Origin: Candidatus Saganbacteria bacterium
Lineage (GTDB): Bacteria > Margulisbacteria > WOR-1 > JAPLLA01
Direction: 5' to 3'
NCBI GenBank assembly: GCA_026387795.1
Contig: JAPLLA010000032.1
Location: forward strand, 56,715-119,132
Length of the DNA stretch: 62,418 bases
A model generated the notes under the pieces. That model did not search any database. It saw only the letters and a list, made by a program, of their open reading frames with translations, and was not told the DNA's origin. A program made the translations under genes and the position numbers. Positions 53,684-62,418 of the stretch are shown here, piece after piece (position 1 is the first letter of the stretch; each line of letters opens with the position of its first letter).

Positions 53684-54709
53684 ATGACTGAAACAACAAG
53701 AGCAGTAGCATATGATGGTTGGAGTGTCAGATACCGCAATGTAAAGGCTTTTAGCGAAATTCCAAGGGTTGTAACCCTGTGTGGATTTGCTTCAATGAGG
53801 GATATTGCCCTAAAGCTTTTGCCAAAAAATCCTGCCGAGGGAACGATTTTAGGTTTGTTAGCTAAACTGCCCTTGCTTGGGATATCGGCAACTTCTCTTG
53901 ATGTTAAACTATTGCGTAGGGCACTTAGGCAGGGACTGCTCCCAGAGATCTTGCTAAGAAACGAGGAACAAAGAAACTCGGATTCTATGGCCCAAGCAAT
54001 TATAGGAAGGCTTACTGACCGCAGGCAATTAACTCAAACTCCGGAATTTAGGAAACTTGCAGGGGAAGTCCGGGCAAACAAGTTTTCTGGATTTTTGTTA
54101 TTGCTTCAGCCAGGCTTGGAACAAAGAGCAACGAGAGATAGGCCTTCTATGGGAGGGGCTTCGAGGGAGCTTCTCGATTTTTCCGTAAACGGATGCCCAA
54201 GTTTTGGCATCAATAATTTGGTAGCTGCGTTTTCCGATTTAATCCGTGCCGCTTTTCCGAACCAAGAGAAAACGTTGAGCGAAAGGCTTTCGGATCCTGA
54301 TAAAATGATCCGATGCGGTGCGTTTGCAATTTGCGAACTGGAACACTTTTTGTGGGCCGTTTTTCCTCGAGGGATGAATAAGTCTCTTGGTATGGAATTT
54401 GTAGGGAAATTGGTGGCCAATTTGACGCTGCCCAGGGAAAAGCAGTTTTGGTTGATGGATGCGGTTTTGCGCATGGAATTGACATTAACTTTTAATGCGA
54501 TAAACCAGGCAACCAATCCCACTACCATTGCTCGCGAAAAGCAAAAGGCTCAAACAGATTACGAACTAGAAAAAATTGGTCTTGCAAGAGGATTTGGAGC
54601 TTCTGAAAATGAAATATTTGATCAAGTGATAAATCCTGTGATGGCTCTTCGCGACGGATTGATGGTCGCATTCTTTGGCGATGAAAGTCCCGGAACTCCC
54701 GATGCGTGA
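53684..54709 (+). CDS. hypothetical protein
   Basis: 341-aa ORF with no motif recognised. The stop lies 2 nt from the 3' end of the convergent tRNA-Gln. Confidence 0.5.
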   Translation: MTETTRAVAYDGWSVRYRNVKAFSEIPRVVTLCGFASMRDIALKLLPKNPAEGTILGLLAKLPLLGISATSLDVKLLRRALRQGLLPEILLRNEEQRNSDSMAQAIIGRLTDRRQLTQTPEFRKLAGEVRANKFSGFLLLLQPGLEQRATRDRPSMGGASRELLDFSVNGCPSFGINNLVAAFSDLIRAAFPNQEKTLSERLSDPDKMIRCGAFAICELEHFLWAVFPRGMNKSLGMEFVGKLVANLTLPREKQFWLMDAVLRMELTLTFNAINQATNPTTIAREKQKAQTDYELEKIGLARGFGASENEIFDQVINPVMALRDGLMVAFFGDESPGTPDA

Positions 54710-54711
54710 AA

Positions 54712-54782
54712 CTGGGGGACAGGGATTCGAACCCCGATTCTCGCCTCCAAAGGGCGGTGTCCTACCATTAGACGATCCCCCA
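54712..54782 (-). tRNA. tRNA-Gln (TTG)
   Basis: Acceptor TGGGGGA/TCCCCCA (U1-A72 as in bacterial tRNA-Gln), anticodon loop CTTTGGA, T-arm CGGGG-TTCGAAT-CCCTG, discriminator G. Confidence 0.9.
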
Positions 54783-54893
54783 ATAAACAACTAAAAAATG
54801 ATACCATAATTTCCCATTAAAAGCCCAAAATTTTTAGCCTGTTTACCTGCAATTCCGGCTTAAAAGTGACGATATATATCAAGAGGGTTAAAA

Positions 54894-57800
54894 ATGTTAT
54901 CTGCAAACTTAACCGTTCCTTCTCAAGTAGAAGGAAGACCACTTAGAACCAGGGCTGCTAACTGGATGATTGTGCATGTGGTCAATCAATTACCTGGGCT
55001 TAACTATTTGGCTAGGGGTCCATTCCTTTCTAACCTCCAGGCTGTTTACAATGCACTCCCTCTTTCTGCCCGTAAAGTTTTTGTTGATGTTATTCAAAAA
55101 CCAGAAACCGGGGTACTACAGGTTAAAGCCCACCCTGAACTTTTTGATCAAGTAGGCAATCTAGTGGATTTTACCTGGGTTAAAGAAAGGAATGTTTGTA
55201 AAGCAATTACACTTGAAACCTTGGAAGCCATTGTAGGGCAGTTTAAAGAAGTAGAAGGATATCGTTTGGCAATTAAGATCTCTAAAAGAGGAAAAACAGA
55301 GGAAGTAAGTTTGGAAGTTAAAGCACCTGCTCCAGCAGTGACTACGTCCCCAGCAGCGCGTCCGGAACCATCGGGATTAATGATTTTAAATCTTAGCTGG
55401 GAAGAGCTTAGAACAGATCAGGGGCAGAGAGAGCTTTTAAAGCAGGTATTTTTAAGAGCTAAAAAGCCTTTGCAAAAAGCGGAAGCTATTGGCAATGCCT
55501 TTGCTCTTATGCAGAGCGCAAATATAAAGGTCCCCGACAGCAAAAAAGGGAGACTGGCCAGAGAATTTAAGGAATCTTTGTACGCGATTCTTAATCAGTT
55601 TATTACTTCAGGGGAAATGGTTCGCACTTTTGACGGCAGGTATTTTTGGAGAGGCCAATTATCGGAAATGCTTATGAGCGGCAGGGTAAAAGAGTTATAT
55701 GTGGATAACGAAAACAGGGAATACATCAGTGCTGTGGCGCTTAGTGATTTTGAACTGGTTAATATTCGGGTAGGGGACAATATTTATTTGGCCCGGGCTA
55801 CCAACGTAGCATTGCTTGAACAAAAAGGTGAGGTAAGATTAGTTTGTGATGTGGAAGGTGGACAAGCAGTTTCTTGTTGTTACGATGTGCAGACAACTAC
55901 AGACCTTTTAGCCAAAGGGGAGGTGGTTTTGGGCCGGGCTGGGGATGGCAAGGAAGTGTATGTGGCGCGCCGGGCGCTTCCCAAATACTGGAAACATGTT
56001 TATAACTATCAGGCATCTTTTATTATAAAAGCCAGAGCAGCTTATCCTAAAACAAAACAGGAGGAGCTAGAAAGATTGGCAGTGGCTTTGGACAAGGCTT
56101 TTAGTTTTGCTATGCGTTTTGTAGGGCCAGAGGCATTTTCCCTTTTGGAGCGGTCTTTAAAAGTAGCAACCATAGGTGGGACAGACGAAGAAATACTGGC
56201 TTCTCTGCTGGCGCTGGCGCCGCGGGACAAGCTTTTGGAATTTCTTCCTTCCCTGGCCAAGGTTTTTCCGGAAAAATATGCCCTTTTGCCAAAGATTCTG
56301 GAATCCTTTTATGTTTTGCGGCAGATGGGTTTTGCGGTTGAAAGGAATCCGGCTACTTACCTGCAATGGTATACCCAGTTTTTCTTGTCTTATACCAATG
56401 GTTTGCCGGTATTAAAACTTCTGATGGCAGATGTTTTGCAGAGGCTGGAATCAGGAGTGGCCTATGATGCAAGCAAGATTAAACAGATTTATCTGCAGCT
56501 TTTGGACAAGACCGTAGAGATAAAAGCTGCAGCAGCATTAAAGAATGCTTTATTAAGAAGGGAAAACCCTGCTGCTTTGGCAATGGTGCGCAGCGGGATG
56601 TCGGAGCTTTATGCCCTTCCCTTTGAGGAATTGGGAGCAATGCTTGGCGTTATAGCTCTTTATGTTGAAAGTGATTTGCGTATTCAGTTGGTGGGGGGGA
56701 CATTTGGCAGGGAATTTAGTGAAATGGATTTTTTTGTGATTTCCCGAGTGAAAACAGAAGCTAGCGTATATGAGAAAGTCTTTGTGCGAAGGGAATATGC
56801 CAGCATAGAGGAGCTGTGGGATATTTTTGGCATGCAAATTGTGACCCCTTCTGCGGTTTTGGCAGGCAGAATGGCAGTTTATCTTGCCGGCAAATACGGC
56901 GTGGAGACTGGCGAAGATAAAAAAGCCAGGACCCCTGATCCGCTGCCTCCTGCAAAATGTACTCTGGAAAGCCTTTTGCGGGTGGGGGAAGTTAGAGGGC
57001 CTTTGGGACAGGGGATAGAATTTTATAAAATCCAATCCCTGTTTGTTGCTCAAGGTATACCACCGGCCAGATTGGAAATCCAAGTGCACGAAGAGCAGAT
57101 GTTTTGGCGCTACAAGAAGGGAATAGCCAGTACAGCGGTTTATGACCTGCAGAAAACTGTTACAGGCCTTGAATTTGAACCCGAACGTTTAATCGATCCT
57201 AAATTGCCTTTTGAAGAGCAAATCAGGCAAATGACCGGAGACATGCGGCTGGTACCTTGTGTTGTGGCAGGGGTAAATGTGCGGCATACAGATCTGGTGC
57301 GTGTTATAGAAGGAGAAAAAGCAGTAGCAGCAAGAGGGGTGTTGCCTGGGACCAAGGTGGCGGAGCTAGCAGTGGACCCAAGGTTTGCTTTGGGCGGCAA
57401 GGTAGTGGGAGTGGAGGTTTATCGTTACGGGGTTGACAATAATTGGGAACTTAAGCTGGTGCCAGCTTTGACTGATCGACAGGAGAAAAAAGTCGGCAGG
57501 GCCGTGGATGCAAAGGCTGATCTTGATTATGAGGTCCAACCTGGGGATGTGGTGTTTTTTGAGACGCTAGAACTGTCTCCGTCACAGGTTCGAAACTTTA
57601 ATGTTAGGATGGCAGAGTGTGCTTTAAATGCTTATGCAAAACTGCAATATACTAAAGCCATCCTTCCTCAGAAGGAATTTGTACAAGCGGTAGCAGATGG
57701 ACGCAGAATGATGCTGCCGTATTTGGCAGGTCCCAGACAGTGCGTAAGAACATTGGAAGGCATTTTTGCCAAATTAAAGTTTGTTAATCTGGAGGATTTT

Positions 57801-58373
57801 CTGGCTGCTATTGCTCTGGGTTTTCTAAATATGAAAGAAGTAGAGGCGGAAATTAAGAAACATAGCATTGGCTTTAAACTTGAAGAAGAGCCTGGGGGAG
57901 TTAAGACCTTGAGCGTTTTTTCTACGGATGTCTTTGGTTTAAATAAATATCTCTTTGATCATGTTATTGGAACTTCCAGTAGACTGGTAGGCGGGATGTC
58001 CTTAACTTATGTGGGGGAGGGAGAAGTCAGGGCAGAATTGGTTTTTTCTTTAAGGGGCAGGGTGGTGCTGGAGGAAGATGCCTATGATCGTTTGAATACT
58101 TTTCTCCATCGGCAAACAGATGTAAGGGCCTATGATGCAGGAACCCAGCTTTATACCCTTAACCTTAAGAAACAGGGGGAAGATTGGGATGGCTTTAGGA
58201 GGCTGATTGCTTTTCTTGAAGCAAACCAGATCAATATTCTTGAATATGATCTATCAGAAAAATCTGCCGGAGGTTATATTAAGATGGAAGTTCCGTCGGT
58301 ACTAGGAGGACAGGGCCTATTGGTTTTACTGGCTAAAGGGTTTGAAGTGGCTGAAGAAACAGTCGCGGTATAA
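54894..58373 (+). CDS. 1159-aa protein with central RelA/SpoT-like (RSH) synthetase-fold region and TGS-like segment; no HD domain seen
   Basis: SRVKTEASVYEKV...IEELWDIFGMQIV...YKIQSLF...LEIQVHEEQMFWRYKKGIASTAVY parallels GRxKxxxSIxxKM / DxxGxRII / QSxH / EIQIRTxxMxxxAxxGxAAHxxYK. Downstream, LPGTKV...GGKV.G...QPGDVVFFET is TGS-like. Confidence 0.6.
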   Translation: MLSANLTVPSQVEGRPLRTRAANWMIVHVVNQLPGLNYLARGPFLSNLQAVYNALPLSARKVFVDVIQKPETGVLQVKAHPELFDQVGNLVDFTWVKERNVCKAITLETLEAIVGQFKEVEGYRLAIKISKRGKTEEVSLEVKAPAPAVTTSPAARPEPSGLMILNLSWEELRTDQGQRELLKQVFLRAKKPLQKAEAIGNAFALMQSANIKVPDSKKGRLAREFKESLYAILNQFITSGEMVRTFDGRYFWRGQLSEMLMSGRVKELYVDNENREYISAVALSDFELVNIRVGDNIYLARATNVALLEQKGEVRLVCDVEGGQAVSCCYDVQTTTDLLAKGEVVLGRAGDGKEVYVARRALPKYWKHVYNYQASFIIKARAAYPKTKQEELERLAVALDKAFSFAMRFVGPEAFSLLERSLKVATIGGTDEEILASLLALAPRDKLLEFLPSLAKVFPEKYALLPKILESFYVLRQMGFAVERNPATYLQWYTQFFLSYTNGLPVLKLLMADVLQRLESGVAYDASKIKQIYLQLLDKTVEIKAAAALKNALLRRENPAALAMVRSGMSELYALPFEELGAMLGVIALYVESDLRIQLVGGTFGREFSEMDFFVISRVKTEASVYEKVFVRREYASIEELWDIFGMQIVTPSAVLAGRMAVYLAGKYGVETGEDKKARTPDPLPPAKCTLESLLRVGEVRGPLGQGIEFYKIQSLFVAQGIPPARLEIQVHEEQMFWRYKKGIASTAVYDLQKTVTGLEFEPERLIDPKLPFEEQIRQMTGDMRLVPCVVAGVNVRHTDLVRVIEGEKAVAARGVLPGTKVAELAVDPRFALGGKVVGVEVYRYGVDNNWELKLVPALTDRQEKKVGRAVDAKADLDYEVQPGDVVFFETLELSPSQVRNFNVRMAECALNAYAKLQYTKAILPQKEFVQAVADGRRMMLPYLAGPRQCVRTLEGIFAKLKFVNLEDFLAAIALGFLNMKEVEAEIKKHSIGFKLEEEPGGVKTLSVFSTDVFGLNKYLFDHVIGTSSRLVGGMSLTYVGEGEVRAELVFSLRGRVVLEEDAYDRLNTFLHRQTDVRAYDAGTQLYTLNLKKQGEDWDGFRRLIAFLEANQINILEYDLSEKSAGGYIKMEVPSVLGGQGLLVLLAKGFEVAEETVAV

Positions 58374-58384
58374 AATGGGAGCCC

Positions 58385-59614
58385 TTAATTTTGGGCTTGT
58401 TTTGCAATTACCCTAAAAAGTTTTTTTTCTGCTTCGTCAAAAATAATTTTCCTGCGTTCTGCGCAAATCCTGGCTACTTCAAAGGCTTTTTCTATGGTGT
58501 ATTCTTCATCTTTTCCCCAGCTGAATGGGGGAATATATTTAGGAGTAGGGGAAAGGTCAAAGATATTTGAAACTACATCTATGACAGATCCTGTGTTAAT
58601 CATGGTCCCAATCGCGGTTTTTACGTGATCGCCGATCAAGCATCCCAAAAACTGTTCTCCGCTTTCAATTATTTTTCCTTTGTTCCAGATTTTTACTCCG
58701 CTGTAAGTATTTTTAAGATTGCTGTTTGTGGTCCCGGCTCCCAAATTTACCCACTCTGCCAAATACGCGTGCCCTAAAAACCCATAATGTGCTTTGTTGC
58801 TGTAACCTAGAATAATAGAGACAGAAACTTCCCCCCCGATCTTACAATGTGGCCCAATAGAAGTCCCGCTTCTAATTTGCGCAGAAAGGATATGCGTCTC
58901 TTCCCCAATATATGCGGGGCCCTCAATTAAAGAGAGGGGCTTAATCAATGCATTTTTGCTAATATAAATTGGACCTTTTCTGGCATCCAGCACGCAAAGC
59001 GCTTCTACTTCTGCTCCCTCATCAATAAACACCTTTTCTTTGTTGTAAATAACGACAGAAGGATGGATTTTGCCTTTAATGGAGGGTTTTCTTAAGATCC
59101 TTTTAAAGTCTTTTTGGATCTCATCACTATTTAGTTTGATGAGTTCCCAGGGAAAGTTAAGGAGGGTTACGGAGACCTCTTTCTTTTCAATATTATCCTT
59201 AATTTCATCAAATAGGTTACAGAAGGTTACCTCTGCCAATTTTTGCCGCACCAGGTCCAAGTTCCCTTTGGAAACCCGGGCTGCCACGATCTCCCCATGC
59301 GCATCTATATATAATGTATCTTTACCGCTCAAAGGGATGAGCTTCGGCAGTTCCGCTCCCGCAAGTATCCTGCCATTGATGAATAGGGCTTGGCTTGTTC
59401 CGCTTAAGCTGTTTATTAGAATAGTTTTATGTTTTTTCTTTAAAGTAGGAACCAGATAACTGCGTACATGCAGAGAAGCTTTCTCCCCATAAGAATCTTC
59501 AATTTTCCTTAATAATGTGTTAATGCCTGAAAGGAGCTCGCAAACTGGACGGAACCTAGTTAAGGGGTAAAAATTTTCATAAGCCTGGTCTTCAAAAACC
59601 ACCAGTTTTGTCAT
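58385..59614 (-). CDS. sugar-phosphate nucleotidyltransferase plus left-handed beta-helix acyltransferase (alternative GlmU-like)
   Basis: Likely start MTKLVVFEDQAYENFYPLT..RPV.ELL.G at 59614 (track to 59695). The C-terminal half has hexapeptide repeats. Confidence 0.7.
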   Translation of the reverse strand: MTKLVVFEDQAYENFYPLTRFRPVCELLSGINTLLRKIEDSYGEKASLHVRSYLVPTLKKKHKTILINSLSGTSQALFINGRILAGAELPKLIPLSGKDTLYIDAHGEIVAARVSKGNLDLVRQKLAEVTFCNLFDEIKDNIEKKEVSVTLLNFPWELIKLNSDEIQKDFKRILRKPSIKGKIHPSVVIYNKEKVFIDEGAEVEALCVLDARKGPIYISKNALIKPLSLIEGPAYIGEETHILSAQIRSGTSIGPHCKIGGEVSVSIILGYSNKAHYGFLGHAYLAEWVNLGAGTTNSNLKNTYSGVKIWNKGKIIESGEQFLGCLIGDHVKTAIGTMINTGSVIDVVSNIFDLSPTPKYIPPFSWGKDEEYTIEKAFEVARICAERRKIIFDEAEKKLFRVIAKQAQN

Positions 59615-59615
59615 G

Positions 59616-60890
59616 CTATTTATCCTTTTTTCTTTGGTAGCCAGGATCTTCAAAGGAATAGATAAAGTTTTCCGGAAGATCGTATCTTCCTTCAAGTATG
59701 GCTACCACATCTTCAATAAAAACAGTCTCTTCGTCGGTAGGGATTACAATGACGTTGATTCTGGAGTCTTCTGTGGAAATGATGGTTTCCTTGTCCCTGC
59801 CAACCGCATTTTTGTTTTTTTCTTTATCAAACTTAATCCCTAAAATTTCCAAGTCTTCCAGAACCTTTTCCCGGAGTTTCCAGTTTAATTCCCCTGCGCC
59901 TGCAGTAAATACAATTGCATCCACCTTGCCCAAAGCCGCACAGTAGTTTCCAATATATTTTTTAAGACGATAGGTTTCAATGTCAAAAGCTAAAGCTGCT
60001 CTTTCATCTCCTGCATCCATAGCTTTTTCAATATCTCTGCGGTCCATGTATTTGCCGGTGATCCCAAGCAACCCGCTTTTTTTGTTCAGGATCGAATCGA
60101 TTTCCTCAACATAAAACCCCTCTTTTTCGATCATAAATAAAATAATGGCAGGATCAATGTCTCCGCTTCTGGTTCCCATGACCGCACCTTCAAGAGGGGT
60201 AAGCCCCATGCTGGTATCTATGGATTTGCCGTTTTTAATGGCAGCAATGCTAACGCCGTTGCCAATGTGCATGGTGATGGCATTTAATTCGGACGGCTTT
60301 TTACCTAATATCACGGCTGCTCTTCGGGATACGTAGAGATGGGAAGTGCCGTGGAATCCGTAGCGTCTTACCCCATACATTTTGTACCATTCATAAGGTA
60401 CTGGATAAATATAAGAGTGGGGGGGCATGGTTTGGTGGAAGGCAGTATCAAACACTGCAATATGCGGTGCAGTAGGCAGCACAGCTTGTGCGGCTTCTAT
60501 ACCGGAAATATTGGGCGGGTTGTGAAGCGGTGCCAGGTCCTTAACCTCTTTAATCGCTTCCAATACTTCGGAATTGATCCTTACCGAACTCTTGAATTTT
60601 TCGCCGCCATGCACTACGCGGTGTCCCACTGCCGCGATTTCATCTAAACTTTTGAGTACCCCTACTTCTTCGTTCACTAGTATTTTTAGGATCAGATTTA
60701 AAGCTTCGCCATGGGTTTTACATTCTTGTTCGAGCTTGTAGCAGGGTTTCCCGCTGCGTTCGTGTTCAATAAAGCCGCCAACAATGCCTACTCTTTCTAC
60801 GGATCCCTTGCAAAGTGTTTCTTTCTTTTTCCAGTGGTATAATTTGTATTTTACAGAGGAACTTCCGCAATTAAGTGCCAGGATAATCAT
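59616..60890 (-). CDS. ackA: acetate kinase
   Basis: ILALNCGSSSVKYKLY, GHRVVHGG, FDTAFH and RYGFHGTSH motifs. Confidence 0.95.
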   Translation of the reverse strand: MIILALNCGSSSVKYKLYHWKKKETLCKGSVERVGIVGGFIEHERSGKPCYKLEQECKTHGEALNLILKILVNEEVGVLKSLDEIAAVGHRVVHGGEKFKSSVRINSEVLEAIKEVKDLAPLHNPPNISGIEAAQAVLPTAPHIAVFDTAFHQTMPPHSYIYPVPYEWYKMYGVRRYGFHGTSHLYVSRRAAVILGKKPSELNAITMHIGNGVSIAAIKNGKSIDTSMGLTPLEGAVMGTRSGDIDPAIILFMIEKEGFYVEEIDSILNKKSGLLGITGKYMDRRDIEKAMDAGDERAALAFDIETYRLKKYIGNYCAALGKVDAIVFTAGAGELNWKLREKVLEDLEILGIKFDKEKNKNAVGRDKETIISTEDSRINVIVIPTDEETVFIEDVVAILEGRYDLPENFIYSFEDPGYQRKKDK

Positions 60891-61888
60891 TAATTTTCCT
60901 CTCTTTCAAAATTAAGCCCGGAAGATGTAATCAGGTTGCCGTCTGCTTTAACGATTAAGACTTTAACCCCGTTTAAAGAGCCGGCAAAGCGGAATCCTTC
61001 CCAAGGGCCCATAACAAATATAGCAGTAGAATATAAATCTGCAAGGGTTGCGTTGTTGCTTATTACAGTCACACTTTGGCATCCATTGGCTGGATATCCG
61101 CTTCTGGGGTCAATTAGGTGTGAAAAATACTTATTATTGATGGTGTATCCTTGTGCGTAATCCCCGCTGGTAGAAAGCGATTGCCCGCTTTCTAAAATAA
61201 TTGTTCCCAGTAATTTATAGGGGTTTCTGGGATGCTTTACTCCGATTTTCCACGGTTTCCCGTCCGGTTTTTTGCCTACGACTCCAATTGATGAGCCCAT
61301 GCTGATTAGTGCTCCTGCCGCACCTTTTTGTTTTAAGAGGTCCATGGCTTTTTGTACTGCAAATCCTTTGGCAATCCCGCCTAAATTTATAGCAGTTCCT
61401 TCTTTAGTGAGCTTAACTAGACGATTTTTTTGGCTAAGAGAAAGAAAATGGTCTGAAACCATTTTTTTTGCAGATTGGATTTGGGTAGGGGTTGGCAGGG
61501 TCCCGGTTTCTTTTGCTTTTTTCCAGAGATCAATCAGTGGTTCCGTGGTTACATCAAAGGCCCCTTTGGTTTGAATTGAACCTGCTTGGGCCATTTTTAA
61601 TAGTTCAAACAGGTCCGGGCTGGCAGTAACTCCGGCTTTGCCTGACAGGGAGTTGATTGCTCCAATATCCGTTTGATGATCAAACCAATTGAACTGGCTT
61701 GAAAGGTCCTCAATCAGGGCCTTGGCTGCATTTGTTTTTTCTTCTGCTCCTGGGCCATAAACAGTGATTTCTAAAGTGGTGTGCATGGCAGAGGTTTTGA
61801 TGTGTACTACCTGGTTGTGCCTAAAATAAAGGAAGACAAAAAGCGCAATAAGTAATAAAAAAATAATCCAGATTCGCTTGTTTTTCAT
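60890..61888 (-). CDS. apbE: FAD:protein FMN transferase (ApbE family), secreted/lipoprotein-like
   Basis: MHT...ITVYG, GGIAKG, LSTSGDYAQ and SHLIDPRSGYP motifs; N-terminal hydrophobic anchor. Confidence 0.85.
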   Translation of the reverse strand: MKNKRIWIIFLLLIALFVFLYFRHNQVVHIKTSAMHTTLEITVYGPGAEEKTNAAKALIEDLSSQFNWFDHQTDIGAINSLSGKAGVTASPDLFELLKMAQAGSIQTKGAFDVTTEPLIDLWKKAKETGTLPTPTQIQSAKKMVSDHFLSLSQKNRLVKLTKEGTAINLGGIAKGFAVQKAMDLLKQKGAAGALISMGSSIGVVGKKPDGKPWKIGVKHPRNPYKLLGTIILESGQSLSTSGDYAQGYTINNKYFSHLIDPRSGYPANGCQSVTVISNNATLADLYSTAIFVMGPWEGFRFAGSLNGVKVLIVKADGNLITSSGLNFEREEN

Positions 61889-62012
61889 GGGTAAAATTTT
61901 CCGTACCTTCTTGCGTCCCGCCGCAGTTTTTCTTATGGTATCTTGCGATAATTATTAGTGCGGGGTAAACCGAGGCATGATATAATATCCCAGCTTTAAA
62001 AGCAAACACTTT

Positions 62013-62418
62013 ATGGGGAAAGTAAAAGGATTAAAAAGTAAAGATTTATTAGGATTAAAAGATTTAAGTATTGAAGAGATGCAGTTGATTTTTGATACTG
62101 CAGATTCGATGAAGGAGATCTTTTTTAGGCCAGTTCCCAAAGTCCCGGCACTTCTTGGGAAATCGGTTTTAACCCTTTTTTATGAACCAAGCACCCGCAC
62201 CCGCACCTCTTTTGAGGTAGCAGCAAAAATGCTTTCCGCCTCAACTTCCAGTATTACCACTTCCACCAGCAGCGTTAAAAAAGGAGAGAGCTTGATTGAT
62301 ACTGCAAAAAATGTGGAAGTAATGGGAATGGATGCGATTATTATCCGTCATAGTTATTCCGGTGCTCCTCATCTCATTGCAAAGAACGTAAAAGCTTCGG
62401 TTATCAATGCAGGAGACG
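62013..62418 (+). CDS. pyrB: aspartate carbamoyltransferase catalytic subunit (5' partial, runs off window)
   Basis: Not in the ORF track because there is no stop. My translation from the ATG at 62013 reads [19 protein letters not shown]...[14 protein letters not shown]...[10 protein letters not shown]. Confidence 0.9.
   Translation, partial: MGKVKGLKSKDLLGLKDLSIEEMQLIFDTADSMKEIFFRPVPKVPALLGKSVLTLFYEPSTRTRTSFEVAAKMLSASTSSITTSTSSVKKGESLIDTAKNVEVMGMDAIIIRHSYSGAPHLIAKNVKASVINAGD

Overview
This is a 62.4-kb bacterial chromosomal window, moderately AT-rich, from a flagellated and probably diderm organism. I cannot assign a lineage from the sequence alone.

Backbone genes:
- cstA, maf, serS, a FemAB-family gene plus murE, and murF.
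- pyrK and pyrD, separated by an unknown gene, and pyrB (partial, at the right edge).
- ackA, apbE and a GlmU-like nucleotidyltransferase.
- A polyamine block: homospermidine synthase, ornithine decarboxylase and nikR.
- A purine nucleoside phosphorylase.
- A 10.7-kb single-strand flagellar operon (fliK, flgD, flgE-like, fliM, fliN, fliO, fliP, fliQ, fliR, flhB, flhA, two unknowns, fliA). It runs directly into tRNA-Gly, a four-helix-bundle (23S-IVS-type) gene and tRNA-Val.
- Five intact tRNAs (Cys, Val, Gly, Leu, Gln) plus several tRNA fragments.

Accessory content:
- A ~7.25-kb integrase-bearing element bounded by a perfect 39-bp repeat of the 5' half of tRNA-Cys.
- Two integrase-less cassettes (a NUDIX gene; a HEPN/MNT pair) bounded by tRNA-Cys 3'-end fragments.
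- A GNAT-type toxin-antitoxin pair.
- A diverged 1.2-kb tandem duplication of a LytM-domain gene in which a 41-nt indel converts one fused gene into two genes.
- Two broken tryptophan genes: trpB carries a perfect 23-bp tandem duplication and trpG/pabA an internal deletion.

Most interesting observations:
- An orphan methyltransferase - radical SAM - YcaO cluster (26.8-32.2 kb) with no recognisable precursor peptide or canonical partner proteins.
- A 1159-aa protein with a degenerate RelA/SpoT-like synthetase plus TGS-like region and no HD domain.
- A family of patterned 7-8-nt micro-repeats found in intergenic DNA, around the four-helix-bundle gene and in frame inside murF.

I saw no rRNA gene, CRISPR array or transposase. 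All calls come from reading the supplied translations and the DNA; no database search was possible.
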